A DNA stretch of 64,000 bases from Trichoplax adhaerens (GCF_000150275.1 NW_002060950.1:2468106-2532105); one strand, 5' to 3'; positions 26,182-40,333 are shown, counted from the stretch's first letter. Numbers and translations: made by a program. Notes: generated by a model not told the origin, from the letters alone.

Positions 26182-29159
26182 GTTTGTTTTTCCTTATTTA
26201 AAATTCTACTATAATGAAAACATGGAGGACAATACACTTTGGGATTAGTACCTAGATGATTCAACATTCCATGACTAAGTTAAAATTTAATCAGCAGTTG
26301 TTTTAAAATACTATTGAAATAATAACTATCTAATGTGGATTGTCTATTACAGGAAAATGCTAACCTTCCATATCTATTTACGAAAAATTTAATCTATAGG
26401 TTATATAAAGGTATCTGATTTAGGATAAATGACAAAGAAATCTACTCTTGCGAATGAATTAGTCGAGAATTTGTTTCGGCTAAAAGTTTCAAATTTGGAT
26501 AGAAATATTTATGTGTTACTCACAAATACACGCCATAAAACAGCTGCTTTTCAAATATAGCTCAAAAAAATATACAGTCAACTATAAATACTGAAGATAA
26601 TTTGGAAGTCACATGAAAGTAAATTAGTTAAAAAATTAAATTATTCGGATTTTATAGTTGATACATAAAAAAGTCAACCTACGTTCCCGAAATTATTTCA
26701 AATTAAGCGAAACTAGTCTGGACTTTAACTCTTACTTTATAAGCAAACAGATAAATAACTCTTATCTGATAGTTTACTTTTATAGTTGTTTCATTCTATC
26801 TAATAAAGTGTTATAAAAGTACCTCAAATTAGTACGTTACTTTTATAACAATTACTTCCTATTCTAATAGATCGTGTGGATTTATTTATACAGGATTGAT
26901 GATAAAGTCTTGACGTAACGATAAAATCATTAATATCTGGATAAATAATGCATTATATCTTTAGTCAGCAGGATACTCTAGCAAAACTATAGGTGGTCTG
27001 GACAAGAATAGATATGATAGTAATAGAAAGCCGTTCTTTTACTCAAGTACAAAATAATTTTCCTTTCAGTTACCAACAAAATTATTATTTGCAAGCAGAC
27101 AATAACTACTATTATGACTTTGTGGCTGCTATGACTATACTCTCAATTTCTAAAAATGGTGATCGTAGCTATAAGTTGTCCCAATCTATAACATTTATAG
27201 CCTAATTTAGTGCTTCATAAAATAGCAACTGTTACCTAAACTTCGTTTATTCTGGTTTATCAGTTTAATGATCATCGACATTTGCCATGATAACCGTTTA
27301 ATGGTAAACATTTAATTAATCTTAGAGTAAATCAGACCTGAATTTAATAATAATTATTACTATGAATTCTCCTGAAAGTTATAGATGTTATTGTGAATAA
27401 CTTCTTTTGAAAGAGCATTATATTGTATTGCATATTCCTATTTTCCATTTACTTTAATATAAATAACCAAAAAAGTTTATTTGGTCAGACTGTATTATCT
27501 AGATAAAATTAGTTTTAATAAGTTAATTTTAGACAAGAATATATAGTTAGGTAAGACATCAATAATATGTAAGATAGCATCATACAGTAGCTTTCTTCTC
27601 GTAATTAGGCGAATTTATTAATGAAATAAAGTGGAATAATATGAAATTAAACGATAATAATGTCAGCGTGACCTTTATGATATATGATTATGATCTTTCA
27701 ATGAAAAGATTTCATTGCGATATGTATGTGGCATATTCTAAGATAACTCGAAAGTCAATAACGACCGAGATATTAAGCGAAAGGAGAACTTTAAACATTA
27801 TGCCAAAAAACTTAAACTAATATTTACAAAAGTAATAAAATATAATAAGAGTATGAGATCACTTCAGATGGCTTTTATTAAACTGGAATCTGATGCTTAA
27901 AATCGCATTGATAGGAATAATTCTCCCCAAACAGAAATATGGAGCAATGTTTTAATTAGCATAGCTTTTACTAAGGTAGCAGTTCCTTCTATGTAAATAC
28001 TACAGTATAAGTAACGATACTATCTTTGCTATATACTGTAATTGGACGATCTAGCTTGAAATGAAGGGGAAGTGAGCGATAGTACTTCCATATGAATTTT
28101 ATATATTAGTTTAACATTTTTTCACTTTATGACAAGATGAGCTGTAAGTAATGATTTTATACTCAAACTTTTAACGTAAATGCTTCATTTCTAATGAGAG
28201 CTAATTCATGCTCGTAGTAACAATAAGCAAGCAATAGACTGAAGTCAATACAGTGAGTTCAATAGTAAATTAAGATGTTTTACACCTGCTACATAAAGAT
28301 AATTCACTTACGATTATATTTGCCATAATTATTCTGTGTTCCTCCTCCTTGCACTGGGTAGGACTAATTACACAAGAAAATGATAACTTTACACTTTAAG
28401 AAATAGGCAACAATTATATGCAAAATTCAGTCATAGATAGAGTAAATTCTATGAAATGAGCGATTATTTATTATGCGAATAAAGACTTTTTTATTAATCG
28501 TACCTACAGTATTCGAGCAATATTATTTTTTATACAGCATGATACTCGTAAGGTGAAATCGAAGCGTTTAACATTTATTTTAAAAAACGATGATACGGTA
28601 AAGGATGTTAGTCTACTACTAAAAATAGGATATGAACAATATGCAGGTTTGTCTATTCTACTGTTTCAACTATTAACAGATAATATGCAGGTATTAATGA
28701 GGAAATACTCTATTAGGTTCATTATTATTATTAACAATCACTAAAATAATCTCTTATACGCGTACGTTATCTGTTATCATTTTAATTTGTTACCGGTGTT
28801 GTATAACGAAAAGATATCTCAGATAGAATTATACAGCTAGACAAGAGAGTAACTAGAGATTGAGAATATATCTAACTTAAAGACTGACATAACCCAAAGC
28901 TCTGATAATCCTATCTTATTGTATGAGACTACCAAATAGTTCTACTGCTTTCCTTCCTGTATTTTAGTAACAGAAAAGTTCTATAGCTGCACTTATTACT
29001 AGCATTATGAAGATTTTTATATATCTTAGCAGAATTGAATAAAGTAATAAAATCGTTACAGGCATCATGATGTTCTTATTATCATGGAAAACAGGCTAGA
29101 TTATGAGATTATTTTGCGCCTGTAAAACAAGTAGAAAATCCAGCTGAAAAACGCCTCAC

Positions 29160-29244
29160 TAACCTGGTAATTGGACAATCCACCGTTATAACCATTTGAT
29201 TGCCTTCCTTGATAATAGTCTGATCTACTCGTATTAGGATTCAT
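29160..29244 (-). CDS. Probable first coding exon of the prion-like protein (MNPNTSRSDYYQGRQSNGYNGGLSNYQ)
   Basis: An upstream acceptor (ttgtag, 29283) and an in-frame TAG lie just before aagATG. N/Y/Q/G composition matches the 22.7-24.1 kb exon. Tandem donors CAG|GTTA|GTGAGG; the second gives the required phase 1. Confidence 0.6.
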
Positions 29245-32200
29245 CTTCTAAGTAGCGGAAAATTCACAGTTTGCCGATACAGCTACAATCGAAAAATAAG
29301 AAATAAGACTAGAATTAACAAACTTAAGATAGGTAGAAATAACAAGAAAGACCTTTAGCTTAAGGCCAACGAACAAATAGAGTAAAATAGGTTGCCTTCT
29401 AAAACTATAAAACGCCAGTCACTAAATTCACTTATGTATAAATGCGAAGAGCTATGATGAAGTCGCCTCTATAGTGATGGTCTCCACTGAAGATAGGTAC
29501 ATGATAAAACATTTAACTTTAATTATACACGATGGGAAAACTATTAAATAATAAAGATAATAACCTCTAAACTAGACTAAATACAGTTGTTAGTTGCTTA
29601 GTGTCTAATTTAAAGTAATGGATAGACTAGACAGACTAATTACGAGTGAATCAATTAACTTCCAGACTGTTTCGTATAATAAAATCTTTATCATACAACT
29701 ACGGCTTGCCAATAGAAACGCTTTCAGATGCTAATAATCTTCATTAGCATAGCAGATAAAAAGTGATGTCAAAAATGAGCACGAGGAGAGAATACAAACT
29801 ATCTTCAAATAAGGTAGACATTCAACTAATAGACTCTACGCTTATTATGAAATGATCATCCAATGGTCGAAATAATATTATATACGATACTGGGACCCAT
29901 AAGATAGTAAATAAGTCTAGGACTGTTTCTGCCGGTAGCTAGCTTGGCAAATGGCAAGATCCAGTAAAAATGGGCGTAGTATGTGTGGTTATGTGCACTT
30001 TTTTGGCAATATTGCCAAAACCAATGCCGATAGTGTAAGGAAGAAATTGAAAGAATCAATTACAGGTTACTGGAATTAAATGAACGATTGTTAGTCATAG
30101 AGACTGAATATGGTTCATAATTTTGCTCATTAAATGCTTGGCCAGACACGCATTTTAAGAACATCAAATAATGTTATAATACCAATTTCCTTTGCTATTA
30201 TCAGAATTACAGAAACTTTTCCACTCAAGATTCTAGTCCCTAATACTGAAAAAGTTGAAATTGTAGTCTGTTGTCTTTCAATGTATTGGCCGTGAAGGAA
30301 ATTAAAAAAAGCTGAAATTGATACGTAGTCTGTTTTGCTATGATCTGTTGAAAATAACGATCGGTAAGGCTCATGGTTGTAAAAGATGGCAACAAGGGTG
30401 TACAATCATTGCGCCGAAACCATGAAAGCAAAATTGATTTATAGATTAAATGAACTTCATTTGAAAGTAATGGGTATCAGGATCGCCTAGGCAGGTGAAA
30501 AAACTCCGATATGGTTAAGAAAAGTCATACCAGACTTTGAGCAAAATTACAAATTTTTCTCTTAATATAATAAAAAATTAGCATGGTTCGAGGTATCAAT
30601 ATCGTTGTGATTTGGAAACACCGTTTATGATAAGAAAGGTAATGATAAAACACAGTTTAAGTAGCCTACTAGCCAATCATGATAAACTTAATTAGAAGGT
30701 ACCGGTTAGCTGGGCAGATATAAATTAATTTAGCCTTCAAATTAAAAGCTTGAGTTACCGGTAACGAAGAAATAAACATGGAAGTGATAGGAATGGATTA
30801 AAATCGAGCATCTAATTCATGACGCCTACTGCATGTGATATTATCAGGTTTTAGCACTAGACCACTAGATGGAAAAAACATGACGTCCTCTTGAAACGGA
30901 CAACAGAAAATCACTTTTGCAGGGGCAATGAATCCTTTAACGCCTCTTCATTGAGAGAATACGGGATCACATAGATTATGAATTTATCGTCTCATTTTAA
31001 TCAGTAATCACTGGGAGAAAAAGGAGTTTATGATCCAACACTTTGCTTAGTGCTGACGATACTATGAAATCATTTGAGGTGAACACAGGGAGGCAATCTT
31101 CATTTTTGAGCTAATGACTAAAACTAGAACGGAAATCGTGAGAGATTTGAGCTTGCCATATATTTTAATGGTATTACTCATAATAACGTTGTAGCAGCCG
31201 TTCAAAGAGAAGATATCAACGGATAGTCATGGATCAGATAATTTATTCCAAGTTTAAGATTTATCGGAAATAAATTAAATACTCAAAAATTTGAATTAGT
31301 CGTGTAGATAAAACAGGACAATAAGCATATATTTAAAATACGAATTTAAAACATGTCAAAATGGGAATAGTAAAATTAGTCCATAGGGCACACTACGCAA
31401 ACTTATCGGAGAGCTAAACTGCTCTATTTGAAGGTTTTTTGATCATTTTCAATAATGATTGTAATTAAGAGACGGTAATTTTATTTAAAATGCGTTAGCA
31501 AAGGCAATAAGGAAAAGATATGGCGCGGGAACTGCCATTAGTCAAGATTGCCAGAATTATCCTTTATGTTATACCAATAAAGAACAGAATTTTCTGGCCA
31601 ACGCTTGATATAAGGTGATTACAGATTATGGGATAAAGATTTGGCTCCGGATAGAGTGACTTTAACTATTTAAAGTTCAAGAATTTCATGACGTAGACCG
31701 ACACTGTTTAAAGTTAATTGTAGTACTAGCTCGACAGTATCATGCTATAGTGCCGGTGATAATTATAATCCGCTATACTTACACTATCTTATTGACTTTG
31801 AATATGGTAGATAGATATAATACTAGCATAAAATACCAATAAATCAAAAAAGGATACCAGCAAATGGAAGTAACTCAATTGTAGATGCTATGACCCGAAG
31901 TTATTTGAAATAAGAAACATACACCGTTCGATATTCAATCACCTAAGAAAATTTGTTCGGTAACGGTTGTAAGTTGGTAGTAAGTTGGTAATAAGTTGAC
32001 TTTACACTGTTAGCGTGTAAACTATTAACGCTCGACAATGGCTACACAGTGAGTCAATCATTTTAGCCTTGTTGGGAATAAACGAGTAGAGATGGAGACA
32101 AAAAAAAGGAAGGCATTGAGATAGAGGTTAAAATATAAGTAGTAGCTGTTGTTGTTGTTGTTTTTGTTGATAGAAATAAGAGACAAAAGATACATGTGCT

Positions 32201-33654
32201 ATGTTGCAAAATGAAGTTTTGTCTATAAGGAATTGATGCTAAATTAGCCGTTGACAGAGTAAGAAGAAGAGTAAGAGATTAGTAGTTTGAAGCTATTAGA
32301 TCACTTTTTTTTTCAGCATTTATTTCTACTTGATAGTATAGAAAAAACGGTGGTTGCCCTTGTTTTTTCTGGGGGAGGGGGCGATCCAGAAAAACAAGTA
32401 TAGATTGATTAAACTGATCGTTTGATCAATTTGAACTTCCTATTCCATTAGAAAAAGTGATTTTTCCTCGGATTAAATTATACTCTCTTCCATCTATCAT
32501 TATGCATTTTTACAACACTTTATTCTATTAGGTATAATCGACTCACATTGATATAAAACCAAAGTTAGCAAACTTTAAGAATTGAAACTAGTAACACAGT
32601 CGTTATTTTCCATTTTACCAGCGTTACTTGTAGAAATATGATCAAAAATCATATTCTGGTTTAACGTTAAAATAATATATTTAAACTTACCTATTGACTC
32701 ACTCAAGTTTGTAATAAAAAAAGGCCAATAACTAAATGAAAGCCGAATTGTTGTATTTTTTTCCTCTTTCCTTTTAATTAATGCTAGTATCGTTGAATAA
32801 TCCAATTGAATCGCAATCTTCTTTTATCTAAATATAACAGCAAGATTTAATGGATAGGATAAATTTGAACGACAGTATTGAGTAATGATTTATACTAGCG
32901 ATTCAGTATGGGGTTTGGCTAGCTTAAGTTAGCTTTAATAACAGCACGCCGATATCAAATTATACAAACTAACTGGATCGATTTTGGTATACCATGTATT
33001 GCTACGATGAGGAGATGAGTAGCTATACAATTTGAATTTTTTATCATGGCTTTAGCCTTGACTCATAGATAATTTTATTCTATTCATTTCTTAATTGTTT
33101 CCCTTCTTGTCTTCTCCTCGGCAAGGATAAAAGATGCTAAACGTGATCGATTGACCAATAATACAACACTTACCACTGCGGGGTATACATATGGTGTTGA
33201 AGAATACAATTATTGTCATTAGTATTCATATTATAACTTTCTTCTATCATGCTGATTTAAATTAGATCGCCATCACCACGCCCAGACGCTCGGTTATTGC
33301 CCTTAGTGACAAGGAATGTTATTCTATCAATCATTGACATTGGCTTTCAATTAATGAATCATGGCGAAATAATGTTCAAATCCACAACCGTTGTTATTTA
33401 ATCATTTCAACGACCCAAAGCCATTAATACAATAGATTAACTTCTATTTATTTCCATCATCAAAGGTATAGATGGCAATTGGCGTGGCTTGATTTTAATG
33501 TTAAATGTATCTTGACAGTTAGCCTGTACAAATAGCTTCAATATGTTTTCCCATACTAATATTAAACTAGTTAGTAGTCAATCCATTCTATCCATTCGAT
33601 CACGTGAAGGAGCTCAACGACTGTCTGTTTAAATGGCAGGGTTTGTCATCAATC

Positions 33655-34410
33655 CAAGTTAGCGGAAGAACTTTTTTCTGTAATGGTATCCTTCATAGCA
33701 GGCTCATCATGACATCTATAATTACATATGGAATAATATGGAAAGAACGGTAGAAAGATCGAATTGTGTACTTTAAATGCCAGTTAGTAGAGGAACTTTT
33801 TCGCCAAAGACATTCTCTTCGTAACGGGCTCATCATAACGTGTACCGTTAAATATAAAATAATGAGATCATAATAGTGCAAAGATTGAAATATGTACTTT
33901 AAATATAATTTGGTGGAAGAACTTTCCAGGTAGAGACATTTCCTTCATAATGCGCTCATCATAACGTCTACAATTACATATGAAATAATATAAAAATAGT
34001 AGAAAGATTGAAATATATAGATCGAATATGCACATTAAATGCTAGCTAGCAAAGAAACTTTTTCGCTAAAGACATTTCTTTCAATACGGTCTCATTATAA
34101 GTCCTATAATTACATATGAAATAGTGTGACAATAATAAAAAAGAGATCGAAATGTATGCCTTAAATGCCAATTAGTGGACCTTTTTCGGCAAAGACATTC
34201 CCTTCATAACGGGCTCATCATAAGTTCTACGATTATACAAGAAATAGGGTGACAATAATAGTAGAAAGGTCGAATTATATGCGTTAAATGCCAGTTAGCA
34301 GCAGCACTTTTTCGGCAAAGATATTTCTTTAACAACGGACTCCTCATAACGTCTACAATTACGTATCAAATAATGTAAAAATAATCGTAGAAAGATTGAA
34401 ATATATACTT
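33655..34410. repeat. Diverged tandem array, 6 units of ~125 bp
   Basis: Units start TTAAAT at 33773, 33899, 34035, 34161 and 34284, plus a partial first unit. Shared blocks: ACTTTTTCG.CAAAGACATT, GCTCATCATAA, AGAAAGAT.GAA. Confidence 0.88.
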
Positions 34411-37400
34411 TGTACGGGATAGGCTACTAGCTTATTTTAGTCGAGAATATGTTGTAATATTAAGAACTTTTTCTTTCTATGAGTGGATACATATGTAGAA
34501 TTGAAATATCTGGATTGACTTTAGTGATGTGAAGAATTAGTCAATTCGTTAAAATAGGGCCGCTATCAAGGCTTTGGATTAAATTTCAAACTGTATCCAG
34601 TAGCCGTAAAATTATGATACATTACAGCTAGTTAATCGCTGCAACGAATCTTGTGTTCTATTGACAGGAATCATCCGCTATAATTACAAATATATTTGAT
34701 ACCCAACTTTTTCTAAGAGAATTATATTATAATTAGGATATGTAAACTTTACATCTATATACAAAATGAATTTTATTAGCTTATAATTTCCTTCAAAGAA
34801 TTTATTGAGTGTTAGGCAAAGAATAGATGCAGTTATAGTTCAACACTTATAATAATGAATTGATCATAGTTTAAGATGGTCAATCTCAAGTTGCCGAGCA
34901 GTTAATTAGTGTTAATGTTTAATATGGGATATCCATGTTCATATTTTAATTCTTGAATTAATGTCATTCTTGTGGTAATAACCTCATATTGTATATTAAT
35001 AACAATGGAAATATTGTTAATTTATTGGCATGCTAGAGACCATAAGAAAAATCTTAATCATAATATGGTTTTAGTAGGAGTTTGGTAGAAGCGTATAGTG
35101 CTATCTCACTATAATATTTGAACATTAAATTATGTAATTGCTGTAATCAAATATAATACCTATCATTAGCTAGTGAAGCATTATCCAATACTTAACATAC
35201 TGAACCTCCTTACAGAGACCTTATTGACATTTGCTTTTAAAAATACTTAGGCACATCTAGCAGAACTTTTAGCAGCGCTATAGGCCTTTGTTTCTTGAAT
35301 AACATTAGAATGAACTTAATTCGATAAAATATTTCCTGTATGACTTTTATGTCTTTCAATATTGTATTTAGATTAAATTAATAATTTATGTTATCTCGAA
35401 CATTGAGTAGTTGCAAATGAAAAGACCATTACTATTATGTAAATTGTATTATGGAAAAATATGTTAGTAAATCAGATTTATTCGGAACTTGTGATGATTG
35501 TAGCATTGATGCTACTAGAAATAGTTACATCCAATTTTATTTGCGTTTCAAGTCTATTTTAATTGATAGGTTCGACTGGACATAGCTAAGAATTTTCAGA
35601 CATCAGGTACTTTAGAGTGATAACAGCGAGATGTTGGAGATGGCAAATAAATAGGTAGTGCGATGCTATAAAGATTAGTCAAGAGATTTTACGTTCTGTT
35701 ATCGAGTATTGCATAACAGTTATTTATCTAGCAAGCAATAATGAATATCATAGGGGATCTTAATTTTGAAATTGAATAGCTACCCTATTCTATATTGAAG
35801 GAATAGATACAGTACAATAAATACTCAATATTTAAACGTTATATATTTGAATCATATGATCATAAAGTATGACCAAAGAACACTGGAGTTTAAGAGATAG
35901 AATATGAGGTGTCTTTTTCTTTCGTAAATTTCTATTGATGCATGAGAAATATAGAGGAAAACGTATTTTAGCTCGTTAATATGGAAATATTTAAAATAGC
36001 GAAAATAAATAAATAAAGTAAATTTTTTAATTGTACAATAAAATGAGCATGCTAGTACTTGTTTGATATGGAGATTTTATATACTGTAAACGTACTGTGC
36101 TATATTCTAGATTTACATCATTCTGCTATTTGTAGATCTGTTGAATCATGCATTACTTGTGCAGTATCTTCTTACCATACATGTTCATACAATATTACAA
36201 TTTAGATACTGTAATTATGTCTTTATATAAGCAATATGTTTATAATAGTCTGAGTGATAGATTGTACAATAATTTACATGTTCTATGATTGCATTGTAAT
36301 TAGGATACCTACTTAATATGATTGTACTATAATAATTTATTGTATCTTACTCGTAATGTTCTGTAATGTAGATGAGCTATTTAAGCTGCATCTCTTGCTC
36401 TTGATAGGTTGCCTTTTGTCTTAGTCGTTTGCTAGTAGAGATAATAAATAACTAAACTTAATTCTACTTTTGATGCTTACTACGGAATACAGAACACTTA
36501 ACATGTTGTTATTAATTATTAGCAATATACCGTTAGCGAACGATTTCATTTTTCTATCTGTAAAACAACATATTAAGAATAATAAAAAGTTTATTTTAAT
36601 GCCCTAGTTCTACCAGATATGTCTGAAGACTTCTCGCTAATTATCCAGTTACGAGGTAGATGTACGTATTTCAAACTATGGAACCTGTCAATATGATTAT
36701 GACTGAAATTCAAGTTCTAGTGAGCATTATTGAATTACAATTACACTCTAACAGCAAAATTTCAGCGATGCAGGTAGGACTACCAATGAAGATGTGTAGG
36801 AAAATAGATTCTATCGTAAGTCTCACTCCCCGGTAATCATGAGTACGATAGCTGCACTAGATCTGAGTAGACTAGTGGTGTTAAGGATTCCATTTTAGCG
36901 TCAAGATAATTATGGGCTCTTAAAGAAGGATATAACAGGCTGACTCTTTTAGGAAGTACAGTAGTTCAGTTGAAAGCTAGTTGTGTCTACTTTACGGTTC
37001 CAAGTTTTACTATTGTAATAATCAAGAACTGTTTGAAGTAATAAGCTAATTTTGACTACTACTTTGGGGAGTATTCATAGAGTGAGTAGTTTCAAAACTG
37101 GACTAGAAATAATACTGTATTAAAAGCACTGTTTGCATGCGCAAGTTTTCATCACCGATACTGCCATATTAATGCAGTAAATACATGTTTACAATCAACG
37201 ATTGCATGAATAAAATTTTATTAGCGATACCACTATATTGATGCAATAAATGGTGTAACTATAACTGAGTATTATTGACAACCTTGTTTCTATACATTAG
37301 CTGAGCTGCTAGCCGCTTTACTTAGCATATTGATTTAGGTATAACTACCGATGAGAGGTAGGGGTAATGAAATGAATGGGTTCAATAACTCTTTAGGTTC

Positions 37401-39271
37401 GCAATTACCAATTCATAGTTTGAGTTGTTAAAACTGAGCAAATCTATAAGGCTACACAATTCATTAAACACGGGGTTTAACCCAAAGGTATTGTTTATTG
37501 GTAGTACGTCTGATGGAGAAGAATTTAGAATTCGGAATTCTTCCTTTCATAATAGCAGTTGAAAGTGGCTTAATAAAAAAAGCAATCAACTTAATTTTAA
37601 CCTGTATGATAACAATTCCATATAACTTCAGAATGACATAAGTACATTACACATAAACATAACTTGATATTCGCTATCAGCCACGGCATTATACGTCCAT
37701 AGTACGAATAGTACAAGTACACTGTTCATCATAACAGCCCTCATGCAATTAAATCATTAAGCGCCGCAAACTATTCTACTTCCTAGTTCTACAGATTAGC
37801 ATAGATTGCATGTGTAAGACTTTATTAGCGATACTGCAGCATAGTATCTTTGCAACAGTGCATCTAGAGCTGGAAGTTGTCGACCACCTTACTATCACAC
37901 TCTTACTCATGTGCTAGCAGCCGCCTTAAATTCCGCGTGCAGGTGTTTCACAAGTAGTATTGCATGGCAAGAATTCAATCAATCAATCCATAGAATCGGC
38001 TATGAAAGGTTTCAGGGAAATTTTATTGAACTTAATGTCATAGAATATATTATCGTTTTTATTTAATTCTATTTAAGAGATTCTATATTTATGCCAATAT
38101 GTAATTATACCGATGGATACAGTTTGCAGTTATTTTTCGCCAATTATTAAAATGTTAATTTGCTTCATATCATTTGCTCTGGAAAATATTGCGTGGATTA
38201 TATGAAAGTCACTACAATATGAACGTATTGCTACGTAAGTGTTAGATGGAAGATATCGAAAATATAGCAGTTGCTAATATTCATTGTGCAAACAATCGCT
38301 GAAATCCATCTAAAATTTTAGTTGATGGTATGCTATGAATGATAAATACATTGAATACAAACGTTACTATATTCTGTTATAGCATATAGCGTTATGGCAA
38401 ATTTTGTTCTAGTTGCTTGTATTTTAGTCACCTAGGTAAGGTGCGGTATTAAATGATTCATATTATAGAATAGATACAAGATGGAGTAAATTAATTAGAC
38501 TGGAACAACTTTTACAAGTTTAGCATTCTTATTGCAATTATAGAGGCTTGAAATAGTTAGGCATCCTTATTTCACCCATTTAACATTTCATTTCTAGTTG
38601 GTTTCACGTTAGCTGTGTTATTGTGCTTGGTAATTCCAATTCATTACTGCTATATACGCTGAAGTTTAGAACTCTTTTCAGCTTTTATTGCTATGCAGAG
38701 ATTAACTGGTGCATATTACAGTATGCAATGGCAAGTATTGAAGTTGGAATCTGCTAAATAAATAAACTTAAAAGATATCTGACGTCTTGCTTCTTGGCAT
38801 ACGAGCAGATTGTTAGCCTCTAGCCTAGATCAATTATGCCTGATAGCAATTGCCAAGTGAGTGATAAATAGTTTTGGTGGCATAAGAAGCTAAAATTTCA
38901 TTTGCACATGTTTAAGTACGCATATGGAATATTCGTAAATAAGGCGAATTAAAATTCTTAAATATCCACGAGGACTTAAAATTTGTCAATTTATTTAATG
39001 GATAAGCTCAACAACAGTAATTATCGTCGTGTCAACCATTTTACTAGAGAAATAGTGTTATTGAAAAATGCGGGCATGTAGGCCAATAAATCAAGGGATA
39101 TTCCCTGATTCATTTTGCGTAACCGTAAATAATGAATAAACTAGATGATATTGACGATATACAGGTACAGTATTTTATAAGATCCTTATTGTATAGTTTT
39201 CAGGCAAGGAGGACCAGTAAATGAATTAATCATGCTATTCCAATGTCATGGAGAAAAGATTAGCCTTAATG

Positions 39272-40333
39272 CTAGTAAATTGGACAATTGATATACATTG
39301 CCTTTAGCCAATCGATAGTAATAGCACGAGATGCATAAGGAACAACGCGCTCTGCATCGGTATCCGATTGAATCATTTGTTCATTGGATGTCAAGCAACC
39401 ACAAGTGATTACTTTCTTATATTGCCTTTTAAATTGTCCCATCATGACGCCATAAATAATAGGATTTGCTGCAGAATTAGAATAGAGAAGAGCCTGTGCC
39501 ATAAAGTAGACACCGTCCGGTACATTGGCTTGGCCATTGGTGACTGGAAAAACAACAAATGCCATGATACTCCAAGGGGCATAGAGAATGAAAAAGGCAA
39601 CAAATACAATCCACATCGTTAAAGTTACACGACGCTTACGATATTCATGCTTAACATTAGCTGATTCACGGAAGGATGCCAATCGCTGATGAGTTGCTCG
39701 AATATAGCGGTATATCTTCCAGTAGCATACAAATATAGTGGTTAGAGGTATTCCAAAGTCAAGAAATATTTCTAAAATTCCATTAATTAGACCACTAATG
39801 CCTTCTGAATAGCTTGGTATACAAGCTCTTTCACGTGGATCATATACAAATTTACTCCAACCCCAAAATGGCCATAAGGCTATAAATACTGTTATTAACC
39901 ATATTAGCCCTATGGCGTAGAGTGCATGTCGATTGGATAGTTTGACAGATAATGATCGACATACAACGATATAACGAAAGACAGCAATACCAACCATAGA
40001 ATAAACTGAGCCAATAAAGCAAACTCCGGTTAGAAATGCATGAAAGTGACATAAAGGATCATCGATTGCTTGACGATTTTCCATGATATTGATCAAATGG
40101 ATCGGCAATCGTATAGTCACTGTGATAATATCTAATACAGCTAAGTTAAATAATAGATAGTTAGTAGGGGAGCGCATTTTTTTAGGTAATAAAATGGAAA
40201 AAACGACCATCAGATTGCCAAGCAAAGCCACCACACCTAATGTCGTTAATATTGCTCCTTTAACAATGGTAAATTCGATAGATTCTGATAAAATATTGGA
40301 CGTGTTGCTGCCGTCATAAATTTCGTTTTCCAT
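39272..40333 (-). CDS. Single-exon rhodopsin-class (class A) GPCR, melatonin-receptor-like/opsin-related orphan, 353 aa
   Basis: Seven hydrophobic helices; GN (TM1), NLAVLD (TM2), C3.25, FRY in place of DRY, W4.50, GWSKFVYDPR..C in ECL2, NSAANPIIY (TM7), FKR helix 8; N-terminal NTS sequon. Confidence 0.95.
   Translation of the reverse strand: MENEIYDGSNTSNILSESIEFTIVKGAILTTLGVVALLGNLMVVFSILLPKKMRSPTNYLLFNLAVLDIITVTIRLPIHLINIMENRQAIDDPLCHFHAFLTGVCFIGSVYSMVGIAVFRYIVVCRSLSVKLSNRHALYAIGLIWLITVFIALWPFWGWSKFVYDPRERACIPSYSEGISGLINGILEIFLDFGIPLTTIFVCYWKIYRYIRATHQRLASFRESANVKHEYRKRRVTLTMWIVFVAFFILYAPWSIMAFVVFPVTNGQANVPDGVYFMAQALLYSNSAANPIIYGVMMGQFKRQYKKVITCGCLTSNEQMIQSDTDAERVVPYASRAITIDWLKAMYINCPIY

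Noticed and set aside
29856-30431. ORFs of 63-91 aa upstream of the prion-like gene
   Set aside because: No recognisable motif, overlapping frames, and composition like the AT-rich background
33655-34410. CRISPR array, TPR pseudogene or C/D snoRNA cluster interpretation of the ~125-bp array
   Set aside because: Whole units are homologous (no unique spacers, no cas genes); no TPR consensus in translation; C-like box without a D box
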